DNA of 34,759 bases from Candidatus Jordarchaeia archaeon (GTDB lineage: Archaea; Asgardarchaeota; Jordiarchaeia; Jordiarchaeales; Jordiarchaeaceae): assembly GCA_029856435.1 (NCBI GenBank), contig JAHQXB010000163.1:1-34759 (forward strand), written 5' to 3'. Numbering within the stretch: position 1 is the stretch's first letter; the number at the start of each line of letters is the position of its first letter. Below, piece after piece: positions 1 to 9,734 of this stretch. The notes under the pieces were generated by a model, which saw only the letters and a list, made by a program, of their open reading frames with translations, did not search any database and had not been told where the DNA came from. A program made the position numbers and the translations under genes.

Positions 1-509
1 TCAAGAAGCATACCATGTATAGGAAGCGGTGGGGGTGGAACCGCGAACTGAGCTACACCGACTGGAAGAGGATAGTGTCTCTAATAAAGTATAAGAGCTG
101 CGTGGAGCTTTTAAGTCCCCGTCTGGCCTCTAAGACCTGCTCTGTGTGCGGGTGGTTGAATAAAGACCTGAGGGGAGCGGTCTTCAAGTGTTGGCGGTGG
201 GGCGTTGTAATCGGTCGTCAGCTCAACGCAGCCATAAACCTTCACCTAAGGATGGAGGGTCTTTCTCCCCACCCGACCACGTTCTTCCGCTCGATCGTGA
301 GACCTCTCCTGCACTCCTCACGGCGTTGGCGGCAACACCCGCAGGAGAAGTGGTCAGTGAAGAAGCGGAGACGTGGATTCGTGAAGGTGGGGAGCGGGTT
401 CACCCTGACTGGGGTGGAGTGGAAGGCGGCTGATGAGCTCGCGAGGCCGCCGCATGATACTGTGAAGTCCCAACTCCTATGTAATTCTATGAATTTCTAC
501 ATAGAGTAG
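1..509 (+). pseudogene. tnpB: TnpB (IS200/IS605 OrfB) C-terminal part, truncated by the window edge, apparently inactivated
   Basis: The frame is open from the window start. Motifs NRELSYTDWKRIVSLIKYK, SKTCSVCG, FKCWRWG and GRQLNAAINL match the TnpB zinc finger and RuvC-III region. The second CxxC reads CWRW (TGG at 198-200) and the usual RuvC-III Asp is Gly (GGT at 213-215). Confidence 0.8.
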
Positions 510-510
510 A
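395..510 (+). ncRNA. Candidate reRNA (omega-RNA)/right-end region overlapping the 3' end of tnpB
   Basis: GC-rich hairpins overlap the ORF 3' end: CACCC/GGGTG near 403-418 and GGCGGC(425-430)/GCCGCC(446-451). TnpB guide RNAs are known to derive from this position. Exact boundaries were not determined. Confidence 0.35.
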
Positions 511-661
511 ACCCCAAGGCCACATTTTTCCATGAATTCATCCCATTTTTTTAAAGAGATATAGAATTTCTTAATTGAAAAGATTTTTGATTCTGAAATT
601 ATCTTTATTGTTATCAAATTTAAAAACAGTATAGTTTAAGGAAAACTGGGAGTTGCAGTTT

Positions 662-1531
662 ATGAATAGGAATATTTTGAGGATTGTGGCACATGGAGAC
701 TGGGATGGGGTGGTGGGAGCGGGACTTCTCGCACGTGTTTATGATGTGCCTCTGGAGTTTCCTCTCGAATTAGCGGATTTAGTTATTGAGGATGCAGCCT
801 GCATTGAGATTACTCCTGGCCGTGTAAGCAGTATAAGGAACTCTATCATAATTGACCATCATGCAACTGAAACCCACCCATATACAGATGAGAAGGGAAA
901 CGTTTGGATTCTTAACCCGGAGTACCGGGCGGTTTCCTCCCTAATAGCAGACCAATGGTCACTGGAATTTCCAAGTGAATGGAGAACTGCTATAGAGGAG
1001 GTGGACACAGCAAACCTCAACTCACCACTGAGCAAAACATTATGGAAAGCCTATCGTGTGGATGCTAAAGGCTTTCCCCGCCAAAAAGTCGCAGAAATGG
1101 TCAAGAAAGGAGAATGGGAACAGCTCGGTAAATGGGCTTATGAGAAGAAAGAGGAGTACCGGAAAGTGGAGGAAAAAACCAAAGAGCTCCTCGGCAAAAG
1201 CACCAACCTAACTTCGGAGTCGGTCTATTTCACCTTCCAGTTCAGCAACCGTTGGGAGAGGGGAGCCTCCAAGGACGCCATGCTCCTACTAGAGGAAAAG
1301 AATCCCATAGTGGTCGCCATAGCGGTTGAAGAAAAGGGCATCAAGGGTGGAACCATAGCCACAAGGAGAAACATTGACCTTACCAAAGCCTATGAACACC
1401 TGAGAAAAAAGGGCTACACCTCCGGCGGCCACAGAAACGTTGGAGGGTTCCAAGCCTTAAAGCCAAAAACCTTGGAGCAGACCCTAAGGGATTTGAAAAG
1501 TGCTTTGGAAAATCTGAAAGAAGAAACTTGA
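662..1531 (+). CDS. DHH-family phosphoesterase (DHH/DHHA1-like)
   Basis: Motifs HGDWDG, IIIDHH and C-terminal SGGHRNVGG. ATG at 662 preferred over TTG at 653. Confidence 0.75.
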   Translation: MNRNILRIVAHGDWDGVVGAGLLARVYDVPLEFPLELADLVIEDAACIEITPGRVSSIRNSIIIDHHATETHPYTDEKGNVWILNPEYRAVSSLIADQWSLEFPSEWRTAIEEVDTANLNSPLSKTLWKAYRVDAKGFPRQKVAEMVKKGEWEQLGKWAYEKKEEYRKVEEKTKELLGKSTNLTSESVYFTFQFSNRWERGASKDAMLLLEEKNPIVVAIAVEEKGIKGGTIATRRNIDLTKAYEHLRKKGYTSGGHRNVGGFQALKPKTLEQTLRDLKSALENLKEET

Positions 1532-1578
1532 AAAGTAGAATATTTGTTTCTCGTTTTTCGGATTAATCTAGTCTTTCT

Positions 1579-2805
1579 TTAAATAAGCTCCATTATAAGT
1601 ATGGAGGCTAGTAGGGCTAGGGAGGTTATAGTGTCTGCAAGTGAGGTTTCCACTGGAATAACAAAATTGTCCGGGTCTAACCCCCTCTTAAAAGTCAAGA
1701 TAGCAATGAAAAGAGTCAGCAGAAGGATTATGGAAACCGCAATTAGATTGGTGAGCAACAGTAAAGCAGTGAGCCTCAAGAACTTTTGTAGGGTAAAGAT
1801 GTTGTTTATAACTAGTGAGCATAGGGCGTATATAAGAAACATTATTATTGAGGCGATCCATGTTGAAAAAATTCTCCTAGCATGGTTTTTCATGCTGGAT
1901 AGTGATGGTTCAAGGAGGCCAAGTATAAGCTTTGTGGTGGCAGTGGAGCCGACAACCGAGCCAACATCGCCCACAGTGTCAATTAAGGCGGGGTACACCG
2001 TATAAATTTCCAATCTACTGCCCACGGTTTCGCTGATTACCCTCAAAAATGTCCCAGTAAAGTTCACAATAAATGCCACCAACACCAGGGTGAGCAGAGA
2101 CTCCTTTATTGTTTTTTCAAATTCCCGCTCACGAATACTTTTTGGCAAAACAGCTAGCGACAATACTAGCAGCAACATTCCAAATAGCATGGTCGCGTGT
2201 CTGCCTCCAGGTCCCAACAGAAAAAACAGGTTAAGGGTAAAGGAGTAGCATAGGGTGATGAAAATGTCTGCCACCGTAGACATCACGGGATAGGTGATAA
2301 TATCGGGGTCCAAACCCTTTTTAAATGAAATAAAGGATACCTGAACGGTAACCAGAGACAAAGGCAAACCCAAAAACATGGTGGAAGACGCGACAACTAG
2401 AATATCCCAAAAATCCCCAAAAGTTAAACCCCAAAAAAAGACTCCTAAAAATAAGGACACCAAACTTATCACAAAGCTCGATATCAATGTCAAAACTATT
2501 GCTGCTTTGAAAAGCAGATAGAAATCCTTGGTGTTTCCTAAAATCCTCGGATAGGCAGTACCCAAATGCAGTGCGGTGCCTAAACGTCCACTAAGCAAAC
2601 CACTAATCATACCCCTCACAGTCAAAATCCCCGGATATATAGCCAGAGCCCAACGGGAAAGCTGAAACACGTCAAGCTGGTAAGCCACAGTGAAGCCCGC
2701 AACAATCCCCCCAAGATTAAAAAGGAGAGCTAACAGAGCCTCCCCGAAGTATCTTGGCAACAGAATATTTCTCCAAGAAATAAGTGTAGCCTTGACAGAC
2801 TTCAT
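1579..2805 (-). CDS. MgtE/SLC41-type divalent cation (Mg2+) transporter, duplicated membrane domain
   Basis: Highly hydrophobic, with two GLDPD repeats and YPALIDTVGDVGS. ATG at 2805 follows a GGTGG RBS. Confidence 0.8.
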   Translation of the reverse strand: MKSVKATLISWRNILLPRYFGEALLALLFNLGGIVAGFTVAYQLDVFQLSRWALAIYPGILTVRGMISGLLSGRLGTALHLGTAYPRILGNTKDFYLLFKAAIVLTLISSFVISLVSLFLGVFFWGLTFGDFWDILVVASSTMFLGLPLSLVTVQVSFISFKKGLDPDIITYPVMSTVADIFITLCYSFTLNLFFLLGPGGRHATMLFGMLLLVLSLAVLPKSIREREFEKTIKESLLTLVLVAFIVNFTGTFLRVISETVGSRLEIYTVYPALIDTVGDVGSVVGSTATTKLILGLLEPSLSSMKNHARRIFSTWIASIIMFLIYALCSLVINNIFTLQKFLRLTALLLLTNLIAVSIILLLTLFIAILTFKRGLDPDNFVIPVETSLADTITSLALLASILIMELI

Positions 2806-3666
2806 ACTGTCCACCTTCCAATAACAGAGAAGCAGCACCAGAATTATTCAAGCACGCTACAAATTAAGCTAGAAAATCTGGAGTCCGCACCACACACATG
2901 GGGAGGCAACATTGGAAATTTTACATGTTCATTACGCCACATTCACTCTGTGTAGCTGCTCTTTAAGCATTAAAGACCCATTACCACCAATTGAGAATAG
3001 CGAAAAGTACATCAACACACACGCAATCCTTGCGCAATCACCTGCCTGAAAGCTTCATACCGTTACTTAGGTATGTCTTCAAAGAGTTGAAGCAAAACCA
3101 AAATATAAGGTTAACCCTGTTTCAGCACTGTTTCCTCCAAGCATCACCTATTTATGGGATGGTGCTGTTTCATGTCTCCCCCTGCCCTCTCCACCTTAAA
3201 TTTGTATTTCCCCTCTCATAAAATACGATTTCAAAACTTTAAATAAACGCGCACCTACCCTCAATAAGTGACACTGAATTAACAACACTACCTATTCCGG
3301 CAATGCTGTGGGCGGTATACTTCTAAACGTTTGAGGTTAATGATTTTTATTTTTAGGGTACTAGGGGGTGCCAGTTCTCAAATTAGTAATTCCATCGCTT
3401 CCTAGAAGCTTTTTGAAAAAACGCCAAACAGTAAATACCAAAATTCCTTCTGCGTTGCGTCATCATCTTTAAATTAATACAGTAGGGGGATGGCTGATTT
3501 TCTTAATCAAAATTTTTATATACAATTTTTTATTTAGTATAAGCATTGCAGTTCATTTACTTATAAATTTTTAAATAGTTCTCGCATTAATGTTTTATTT
3601 TGTGGAGGGCGTAGTTGGTGTCTTAATCTAGCTGTTTATGCTTAAGGCGTTTTTTGGGGTGATGTT

Positions 3667-5061
3667 TTGGTTGAAGAGTTTGACGTTATAGTGGTTGGTT
3701 CTGGTTCAGGAATGATTGTGGCTTCGAATGCTGTTGAAAGCGGTTTGAAAGTGGCCTTGGTTGAGAAGGGACCCCCTCTGGGTGGAACTTGCCTCAATTG
3801 GGGTTGTATTCCTTCAAAGATGCTCATCTACCCGGCGGATGTCGTGACCATGATTAAGGAAGCGGAAAAAATTGGCATCAGGGCCAAAATAGAGAAAATC
3901 GATTTTCAAAAGATTATGCACCGAATGCGTCACCTCATCAGCGAGGAGAATCGAGGAATGGCTTTAGGGGTGGAGCGGGATCCAAATATTAAGTGGTTTA
4001 AAAACATAGGCGAATTCGTCTCCGATTACACTATGAAGGTGGGAGACCGAAAGATTAGGGGCGAAAAAATCTTCATAGTTTCTGGAGCCAGGCCTTTTAT
4101 TCCTCCAATTAAGGGTATCGATGGTGTAAACTATTTGACCAATGAGACCGTGCTGGAACTAGAGGAGCTACCTTCAAGTATTATCATCATTGGTGGGGGA
4201 TATGTGGGCTGTGAATATGGCCACTTCTTTGCGGGAATGGGTAGTGAGGTTACAATAGTGGAGTTGGGTCCCAGACTTGTGCCGGGCGAGGAGCCCGAAA
4301 TATCAGAGCTACTCAAAAAGGAGATGGGAAAAAGAATGAAGATACTCACGAATCACCAAGTAGTTGAGGTTGGGGAAAAAAATAAGGTAAAGACGGTGGT
4401 GGCCAAGGAAACTACCAGTGGGAAGGTTAAAGAGCTGTCAGCTGAGGCCTTAATGGTTGCTGTGGGCCGCAAGCCCAACTCTGACTTACTTAAGCCGGAG
4501 AAAACTGGTGTAGAGGTAGATAGTAAGGGATTCATAAAGGTGAACGATTACTTGGAAACCACCAAGAAGAACATTTGGGCTTTCGGAGATGCCATTAATA
4601 AGCAGATGTTTAGACACGCAGCCAATTACGAGGCACAGGTGGCATGGCATAATGCCTTCAGCGACCACAAGGTGCCAATAAACCTCTCTGCGACACCCCA
4701 CGCGGTTTTCACGCATCCCCAAATAGCGTCGGTTGGCTTAACCGAGGAGCAGGCGAAAAAGGAAGGACGCAAAATTTTGGTGGGTTACTACCACTTTAGA
4801 GAGACCGCCAAAGGCTCAGCGATGGGAAACCCTGAGGGATTTGTGAAGGTCATAGTGGAGCAAAGCACGGGGAAAATTCTGGGCGGACATATAATTGGCC
4901 CCTTTGCACCTGAACTCATACAGGAGATTGTAAACGCTATGGCTTATGGGAATGGTTCCTATGCCCCCATCATTAGGGCTATGCACATTCACCCCGCAGC
5001 CACAGAAACAGTTAAGTGGGCTTTTGGCAACCTGAGAACAGTGGACGATGATTCCATTTAG
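3667..5061 (+). CDS. Flavoprotein disulfide reductase (dihydrolipoamide dehydrogenase / mycothione-reductase-like)
   Basis: GSGSG FAD loop, GGTCLNWGCIPSK redox disulfide, GGGYVGCE NAD-binding loop, C-terminal HPAATE (His-x4-Glu). TTG start after GGGGTGA. Confidence 0.85.
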   Translation: MVEEFDVIVVGSGSGMIVASNAVESGLKVALVEKGPPLGGTCLNWGCIPSKMLIYPADVVTMIKEAEKIGIRAKIEKIDFQKIMHRMRHLISEENRGMALGVERDPNIKWFKNIGEFVSDYTMKVGDRKIRGEKIFIVSGARPFIPPIKGIDGVNYLTNETVLELEELPSSIIIIGGGYVGCEYGHFFAGMGSEVTIVELGPRLVPGEEPEISELLKKEMGKRMKILTNHQVVEVGEKNKVKTVVAKETTSGKVKELSAEALMVAVGRKPNSDLLKPEKTGVEVDSKGFIKVNDYLETTKKNIWAFGDAINKQMFRHAANYEAQVAWHNAFSDHKVPINLSATPHAVFTHPQIASVGLTEEQAKKEGRKILVGYYHFRETAKGSAMGNPEGFVKVIVEQSTGKILGGHIIGPFAPELIQEIVNAMAYGNGSYAPIIRAMHIHPAATETVKWAFGNLRTVDDDSI

Positions 5062-5075
5062 GGAGTGATGTTGGA

Positions 5076-5360
5076 ATGGATGTGGTAAAAGTTCCAGGTA
5101 GCAATAGGAAGCATAAGGTTCGCATGTATGCTTTGAGCACCTGTATCTGGTGTAAGCGGACAAAACAGTTTTTGAAGGATAACAACATAGAATACGAATA
5201 CGTGGATGTGGACCTGGCGAACAGGGAGGACTACGAACAAATCAGGCAAGAGATTTTGAGTAGGGGAGGAAGCCTCTCCTTTCCAGTAATAATAATAGAT
5301 GATAACAAGTTAATTAATGGTTTTCGTGAAAACGATTTGAGGGAGGCTTTAGAGATTTGA
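5076..5360 (+). CDS. Glutaredoxin/NrdH-like redoxin
   Basis: CIWC active site, SFPVIII cis-Pro region, 94 aa, GGAGTGA RBS. Confidence 0.85.
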   Translation: MDVVKVPGSNRKHKVRMYALSTCIWCKRTKQFLKDNNIEYEYVDVDLANREDYEQIRQEILSRGGSLSFPVIIIDDNKLINGFRENDLREALEI

Positions 5361-5908
5361 CCACTCTGGAAGAGGTTCAAAAAAGAGCGGAAAGCGACGC
5401 AAAAACTTACGGCTACTACCTAAACCCAGACCCAGAATTTCTCAAAGGGCTCATCGAGGGACTTAAGAAAAACTGGGACCGCTATGGCTATCCCTCCTGT
5501 CCCTGCAGATTGGCCTCAGGAAACATTGAAATCGACCGCGACATAATCTGTCCCTGCGATTACCGAGACCCCGACGTGGCAGAGTACGGACAGTGTTACT
5601 GCTCCCTATACGTCAGTAAAGAGGTGTACGAAGGTAAAGCCCCCCTAAGATCAATTCCGGAACGCAGACCCAAAGAAAAACAAATCAGATCCTTCGAAGC
5701 CGCCAAGGCCCCCACCAAAAAGGAAAAAGCTGAAGGGGAGATAAAATTGGAAGCCGAGAAACCTATTACAATTGAGAAGAGGTTGTGGTACTGTAAGCAG
5801 TGTGGCTACGTGGTCTACAGGGAGGACCCCCCATACATTTGCCCCATATGCAAGGCGAAGAGGGAAATGTTTTCCGAAATAAAAATAGTCATCTCCGACA
5901 AGAGATAA
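5357..5908 (+). CDS. Ferredoxin:thioredoxin reductase catalytic subunit fused to a C-terminal rubredoxin-like domain (FDR-like)
   Basis: CPC...CPC...CYC motifs, then a K/E/A/P-rich linker and CKQC...CPIC. Overlaps the glutaredoxin stop by 4 nt (TTGA). Confidence 0.85.
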   Translation: MTTLEEVQKRAESDAKTYGYYLNPDPEFLKGLIEGLKKNWDRYGYPSCPCRLASGNIEIDRDIICPCDYRDPDVAEYGQCYCSLYVSKEVYEGKAPLRSIPERRPKEKQIRSFEAAKAPTKKEKAEGEIKLEAEKPITIEKRLWYCKQCGYVVYREDPPYICPICKAKREMFSEIKIVISDKR

Positions 5909-5984
5909 AAAATAGGATGCAAGAAGATAATTTTCCAAAAATAGTTCTTTAATTGAGAGCTTTAAATAATAAGTTGTTTCTCCT

Positions 5985-6260
5985 TTATTTTTTTGTCTTC
6001 TGTTGTTCTTCTGTGCCTCGGGTGCAAAAGTAGTCCTTGGTGAATTTCATTTCTTTCCATACTGGGCAGTCTGGACACTGACAGCCTACTTCCTCAGTTA
6101 TCTTTTTACTTTTTCCCCTTAGGGGGTGGCAGTAGACTATGTAGGTGTCAGGTTCTCCTAGGCTGGCGTAAGTTGGACAGTCCCTGCAGATACATATATT
6201 TTCAAATCGCTTCAACTTCTCCTGAGCCTTCCCAAGTTTTTCCCCGCGTGATCTAGACAT
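5985..6260 (-). CDS. DUF2769-like Cys-rich small protein
   Basis: CICRDCPTY...YC...GCQCPDCPV...YFCTRG pattern. ATG at 6260 is preceded by GAGGTGA. Confidence 0.7.
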   Translation of the reverse strand: MSRSRGEKLGKAQEKLKRFENICICRDCPTYASLGEPDTYIVYCHPLRGKSKKITEEVGCQCPDCPVWKEMKFTKDYFCTRGTEEQQKTKK

Positions 6261-6501
6261 AGATTTCACCTCATTTTAACCCTTCTAAAAATGTTAGGAT
6301 TAGAATAAATTTTAACTTATAAAGCTTTACTAAAAAATCGTTTACACAAATATACTATTCATTTGAAATGTGAATACACATTCATAAATGGGGATTGTAA
6401 AGCCACTTACGAAGTCGTAGGGGGGAAATATTTTTCAATAACCACTTATTTCAAAGGCATGGAACAAGAAGGAAAGGAAACATTTTTCGGGAGGTGGAAA
6501 A

Positions 6502-7134
6502 ATGGAACCGAGGAAGACCAAAGTTTTAGTAGTGTTTTACAGCATGTATGGTAACACCGCTAAACTAGCAAAGGCTGTAGCTGAAGGAGCCCAACAGGTA
6601 GAAAATGTTGAAGTTTCCCTAAGACAGGTGGAGGAACTTATCCCCAAAGAAATTATACAGGCAAACGAGAGAATGAGGAAAGTCAAGGAGGAGCTGAGGG
6701 ATATTCCCCTCGTAACAGATAAGGATCTAGTGGAAGCAGATGGAATAGTGTTCGGTTCACCCACACGCTACGGAAACATGGCTGCCCAGATGAAAAATTT
6801 CATTGATAAAACCGGCGCTCTTTGGACACAGGGAAAACTGGTAAATAAAGTTGCGGGTGTATTCACCAGCACCAGCACACTCCACGGAGGGCAGGAAACC
6901 ACGCTCATAACAATGATGATACCCCTTTTACACCATGGCATGATAATAGTTGGTATTCCATATGCCATAGAGCCGAGGCTATTTTCCACAGAAGTGGGTG
7001 GAGGCAGCCCATATGGTGCGTCTTCCATATCTGGACCCAACTCCGAAAGAGAACCAACAAAAAATGATTTGGAAATTGCGAAAACCTTAGGAAGGAGAGT
7101 AGCGGAAATAGCTAAGAAAATATCTCAAAAGTAG
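6502..7134 (+). CDS. wrbA: NAD(P)H:quinone oxidoreductase, WrbA type
   Basis: FYSMYGNT, GSPTRYGNMAAQMK, HGGQETT and GGSPYGAS motifs; GGAGGTG RBS. Confidence 0.9.
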   Translation: MEPRKTKVLVVFYSMYGNTAKLAKAVAEGAQQVENVEVSLRQVEELIPKEIIQANERMRKVKEELRDIPLVTDKDLVEADGIVFGSPTRYGNMAAQMKNFIDKTGALWTQGKLVNKVAGVFTSTSTLHGGQETTLITMMIPLLHHGMIIVGIPYAIEPRLFSTEVGGGSPYGASSISGPNSEREPTKNDLEIAKTLGRRVAEIAKKISQK

Positions 7135-7196
7135 GTACAACTAATTGATTGCCAAAATTTGAAAAAAAATTAGGAGCAAAAAAATCTTTTTTAGTT

Positions 7197-9197
7197 TTAG
7201 GTAACTCGCACCAGGCTTTCCTGTAGTTTGCCGTTCGCCTGTTCCTCTTTTTTACCATTTTTTCCATTTAGGGGCTGCAGTCCCAATCTTTGTTCAGCAG
7301 CTTGTAGGATAGCACCCAACATTTCAGAGTAGGACATTCCAGCGATTTTTGCCATTTTAGCAAGGTGTCCGTCCCAACACCATCCAGGGTTGGGGTTTAC
7401 TTCGAGAAGTTTTGGGTTTCCATTAGAGTCAAGCCTCCAGTCGAAGCGGCAGTAGTCTCTGCATTCCAGCCTCTGGAACAGGGTAATGCACCACTTTATG
7501 ATTTTACTTTTTACGTCTTCTGACAGATCTGCGGGTATAGATTTTATGTTCCAGTAGGGAGAATCTGGTAGCCACTTGGCTTCATATCCACAGATTTTAG
7601 GGAGCCCCTCTGGCAGTGAAGAGTAGTCCTCCTCGGTGATGGGCAGTACTGTGTAAGACTCTGGGGGGTTACCAATTATGCCTACACTAAGATCTTTGCC
7701 GGATAGAAATTCTTCGACTAGGATGGGCCTGTTGTACCCGAATTTTTCACGTATCTCGGAAATTGCATTGATGAGTTCTTCGGGATTGTTTACCACACAT
7801 CTCTGCGTGATGCCGAAGCTTGAGTCACCAAAGTTTGGCTTTACCAGAGCTGGGAAGACGAAGGTTAAATCGTATATGGAGTCTTCAGGTTTAACGAAGA
7901 TAGCTCTGGGAACTGGGATTCCCATCTCGTTGGCTATACCTCTTACCAGAGACTTGTCATAACAATGCGCAAGACACTGGGGACCGGAGCCGGTGTAGGG
8001 TATGCCTAGCTCCTCCAGTAGAGCAGGAATGTGTAGTTCTTTTCTGGGATCGTTAAAGAAACCTTCATCGCACAGGTTGAAGACGTAGTCTATCTTGCCC
8101 CTTAATTTCATTAAGTCTTGGATGAGGGTGTCGTGGTTGTGCAGATATGTGAAGTTGTAACCTTTGAGTTCTCTGAGAGCGTCCTTCATTTGGTCGATCG
8201 TGTAGATGTCGTCGTCGTCAAATCTTGCTCCCGGTTTGAGGCGGTCTGGCTTTGAAGGGTCACCGGTTATCACTACTACTTCTCTCAGCTCCTCTTTGGG
8301 TCTTTTCTTGATGGGTGTCCACTCTTTTCTGACAACACCTGTGATTATGATCCGTCTCTCCATCATACCTAGGTCTTGGTTACGCTGGGAAGAGGAGGCA
8401 ATTTCGGTGTGTATTGTTACATCGCTTAATCCCGCCTGTTGTAGAATATGGGTTATGCTATCTCTAGTGTAAAGTCTTTCGGCGTAGAATTGGTCGGCTA
8501 TTGTACCTTTTTCTACGTTGTTAATTATTTCACGGGTTATGAGACGTTGGCCATCGGCAGAAATGGAGCGTTCCCTGCACACGAAATGCTTTTTGTCTAT
8601 CCACTCCCATGAGCGTGGCTGATAGTGTTTCTTCAAGTATTCGCCATCAGCAACATCTATGAGTAGTTTGCCCCAGGGTTTGAGCACCCTGAAAGCCTCT
8701 TTAAGAACTCTAACGTCGTCCTGAACTGTTTCAAAGTAGCCAAAACTGTTCCCTAGAATCATAACCACATCGAAGGTATCTGGCGCATATGGAAGTTTTC
8801 TTGCATCGCCTTCCCTGAATCGAACATTTAAGCCTTCCTTTTTAGCTTGCGTCTTCGCCTTTTGAATTAGGTAGTGGGAGCGGTCCAATCCTTCAACATT
8901 CTTGAACCCTCTTCTTGCCAGTTCTAGAGAGTGACGCCCTTGTCCACAGCAACAATCCAGAATTCTATCGTCTGGTTGAAGATTCAGAATCGAAGAGAAG
9001 AGATCCACCTCTTCTCGGGTGATTTTCTGGTCGTCTACTACATCCCCATCAGTTTTTAGATAAAGGGAGTTAAAAATACGCCGCCACCAATCAGGAGGAA
9101 CATACTGCTCGAGATCATCGATAGGCCCTAGAACTTTTAATTGAGACTTACCATTTTTCCCCCGCGAGGGGGGTTTATCCCCTGCCTTTTCAGTCAT
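7197..9197 (-). CDS. Class I SAM-dependent methyltransferase fused to a D-alanine-D-alanine ligase-like ATP-grasp domain
   Basis: N-half: ILDCCCGQGRH, GLDRS, EGDARKLP. C-half: VFNLCDEG, YTGSG...DK, VKP..GDSSFGI, VEEF, YEAKW, RFDWRLD...LLEVNPNPG. Confidence 0.85.
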   Translation of the reverse strand: MTEKAGDKPPSRGKNGKSQLKVLGPIDDLEQYVPPDWWRRIFNSLYLKTDGDVVDDQKITREEVDLFSSILNLQPDDRILDCCCGQGRHSLELARRGFKNVEGLDRSHYLIQKAKTQAKKEGLNVRFREGDARKLPYAPDTFDVVMILGNSFGYFETVQDDVRVLKEAFRVLKPWGKLLIDVADGEYLKKHYQPRSWEWIDKKHFVCRERSISADGQRLITREIINNVEKGTIADQFYAERLYTRDSITHILQQAGLSDVTIHTEIASSSQRNQDLGMMERRIIITGVVRKEWTPIKKRPKEELREVVVITGDPSKPDRLKPGARFDDDDIYTIDQMKDALRELKGYNFTYLHNHDTLIQDLMKLRGKIDYVFNLCDEGFFNDPRKELHIPALLEELGIPYTGSGPQCLAHCYDKSLVRGIANEMGIPVPRAIFVKPEDSIYDLTFVFPALVKPNFGDSSFGITQRCVVNNPEELINAISEIREKFGYNRPILVEEFLSGKDLSVGIIGNPPESYTVLPITEEDYSSLPEGLPKICGYEAKWLPDSPYWNIKSIPADLSEDVKSKIIKWCITLFQRLECRDYCRFDWRLDSNGNPKLLEVNPNPGWCWDGHLAKMAKIAGMSYSEMLGAILQAAEQRLGLQPLNGKNGKKEEQANGKLQESLVRVT

Positions 9198-9734
9198 GAT
9201 GTTTTTGCGCCTCTATTATAAGTGGCCTACACCTATTTATTGTTTCGTAATTCACCTTTTTGATTCTAAATTACACTTGTATTTTTTATACTTACGTTTT
9301 TATGATAACGTTTTAGTATATAAAAATTATCATTCATATCACCCCCACAATTTTGTTAAAACATGCCGCTTTCCGCTTTTTGGCCCCACATGTTTAGGCC
9401 GCACTCCTATTTGTAGGGATTTGTTTTTGTGGCCGGCTTTGAGAGAAACAATTTCCCCACTTTTTTAAACATCTTTGTGTGGAAAAATGGAGGCAGGAGG
9501 GGATGCGGAGGCAGGCTAAAGGCAAGGTCACCACAAAAATTCAGCCCCCCGGAGTGTTGCTTAAACATATGGTTTGGCCAAAAAACTATTTTAAAACTTC
9601 CTTTTGAAGGCTCAAAATTAAAAATGGAGCCCTAATAAAGCCCCTTCTCCAAACACCAAAATAAAGGGAAAAAGGGCGTGTACACATGTTACTTTGAATC
9701 CCCCTACATGGAACACGTGTACCATAGCTCAGAA

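Noticed and set aside
430-460. Hammerhead-like CTGATGA core
   Set aside because: No GAAA after stem II and no stem III. Better explained as part of the tnpB 3' RNA.
3363-3385. TPP-riboswitch-like start AGGGGGTGCC
   Set aside because: Lacks CTGAGA and the downstream conserved core.
2840-3640. 800-bp gap possibly hiding a gene or remnant
   Set aside because: Only short, stop-riddled frames without recognisable motifs; nothing supportable.
7197-8300. Ddl-like domain as evidence for peptidoglycan synthesis or a bacterial origin of the contig
   Set aside because: Fused to a methyltransferase, no mur genes nearby, and the surrounding genes and signals are archaeal.
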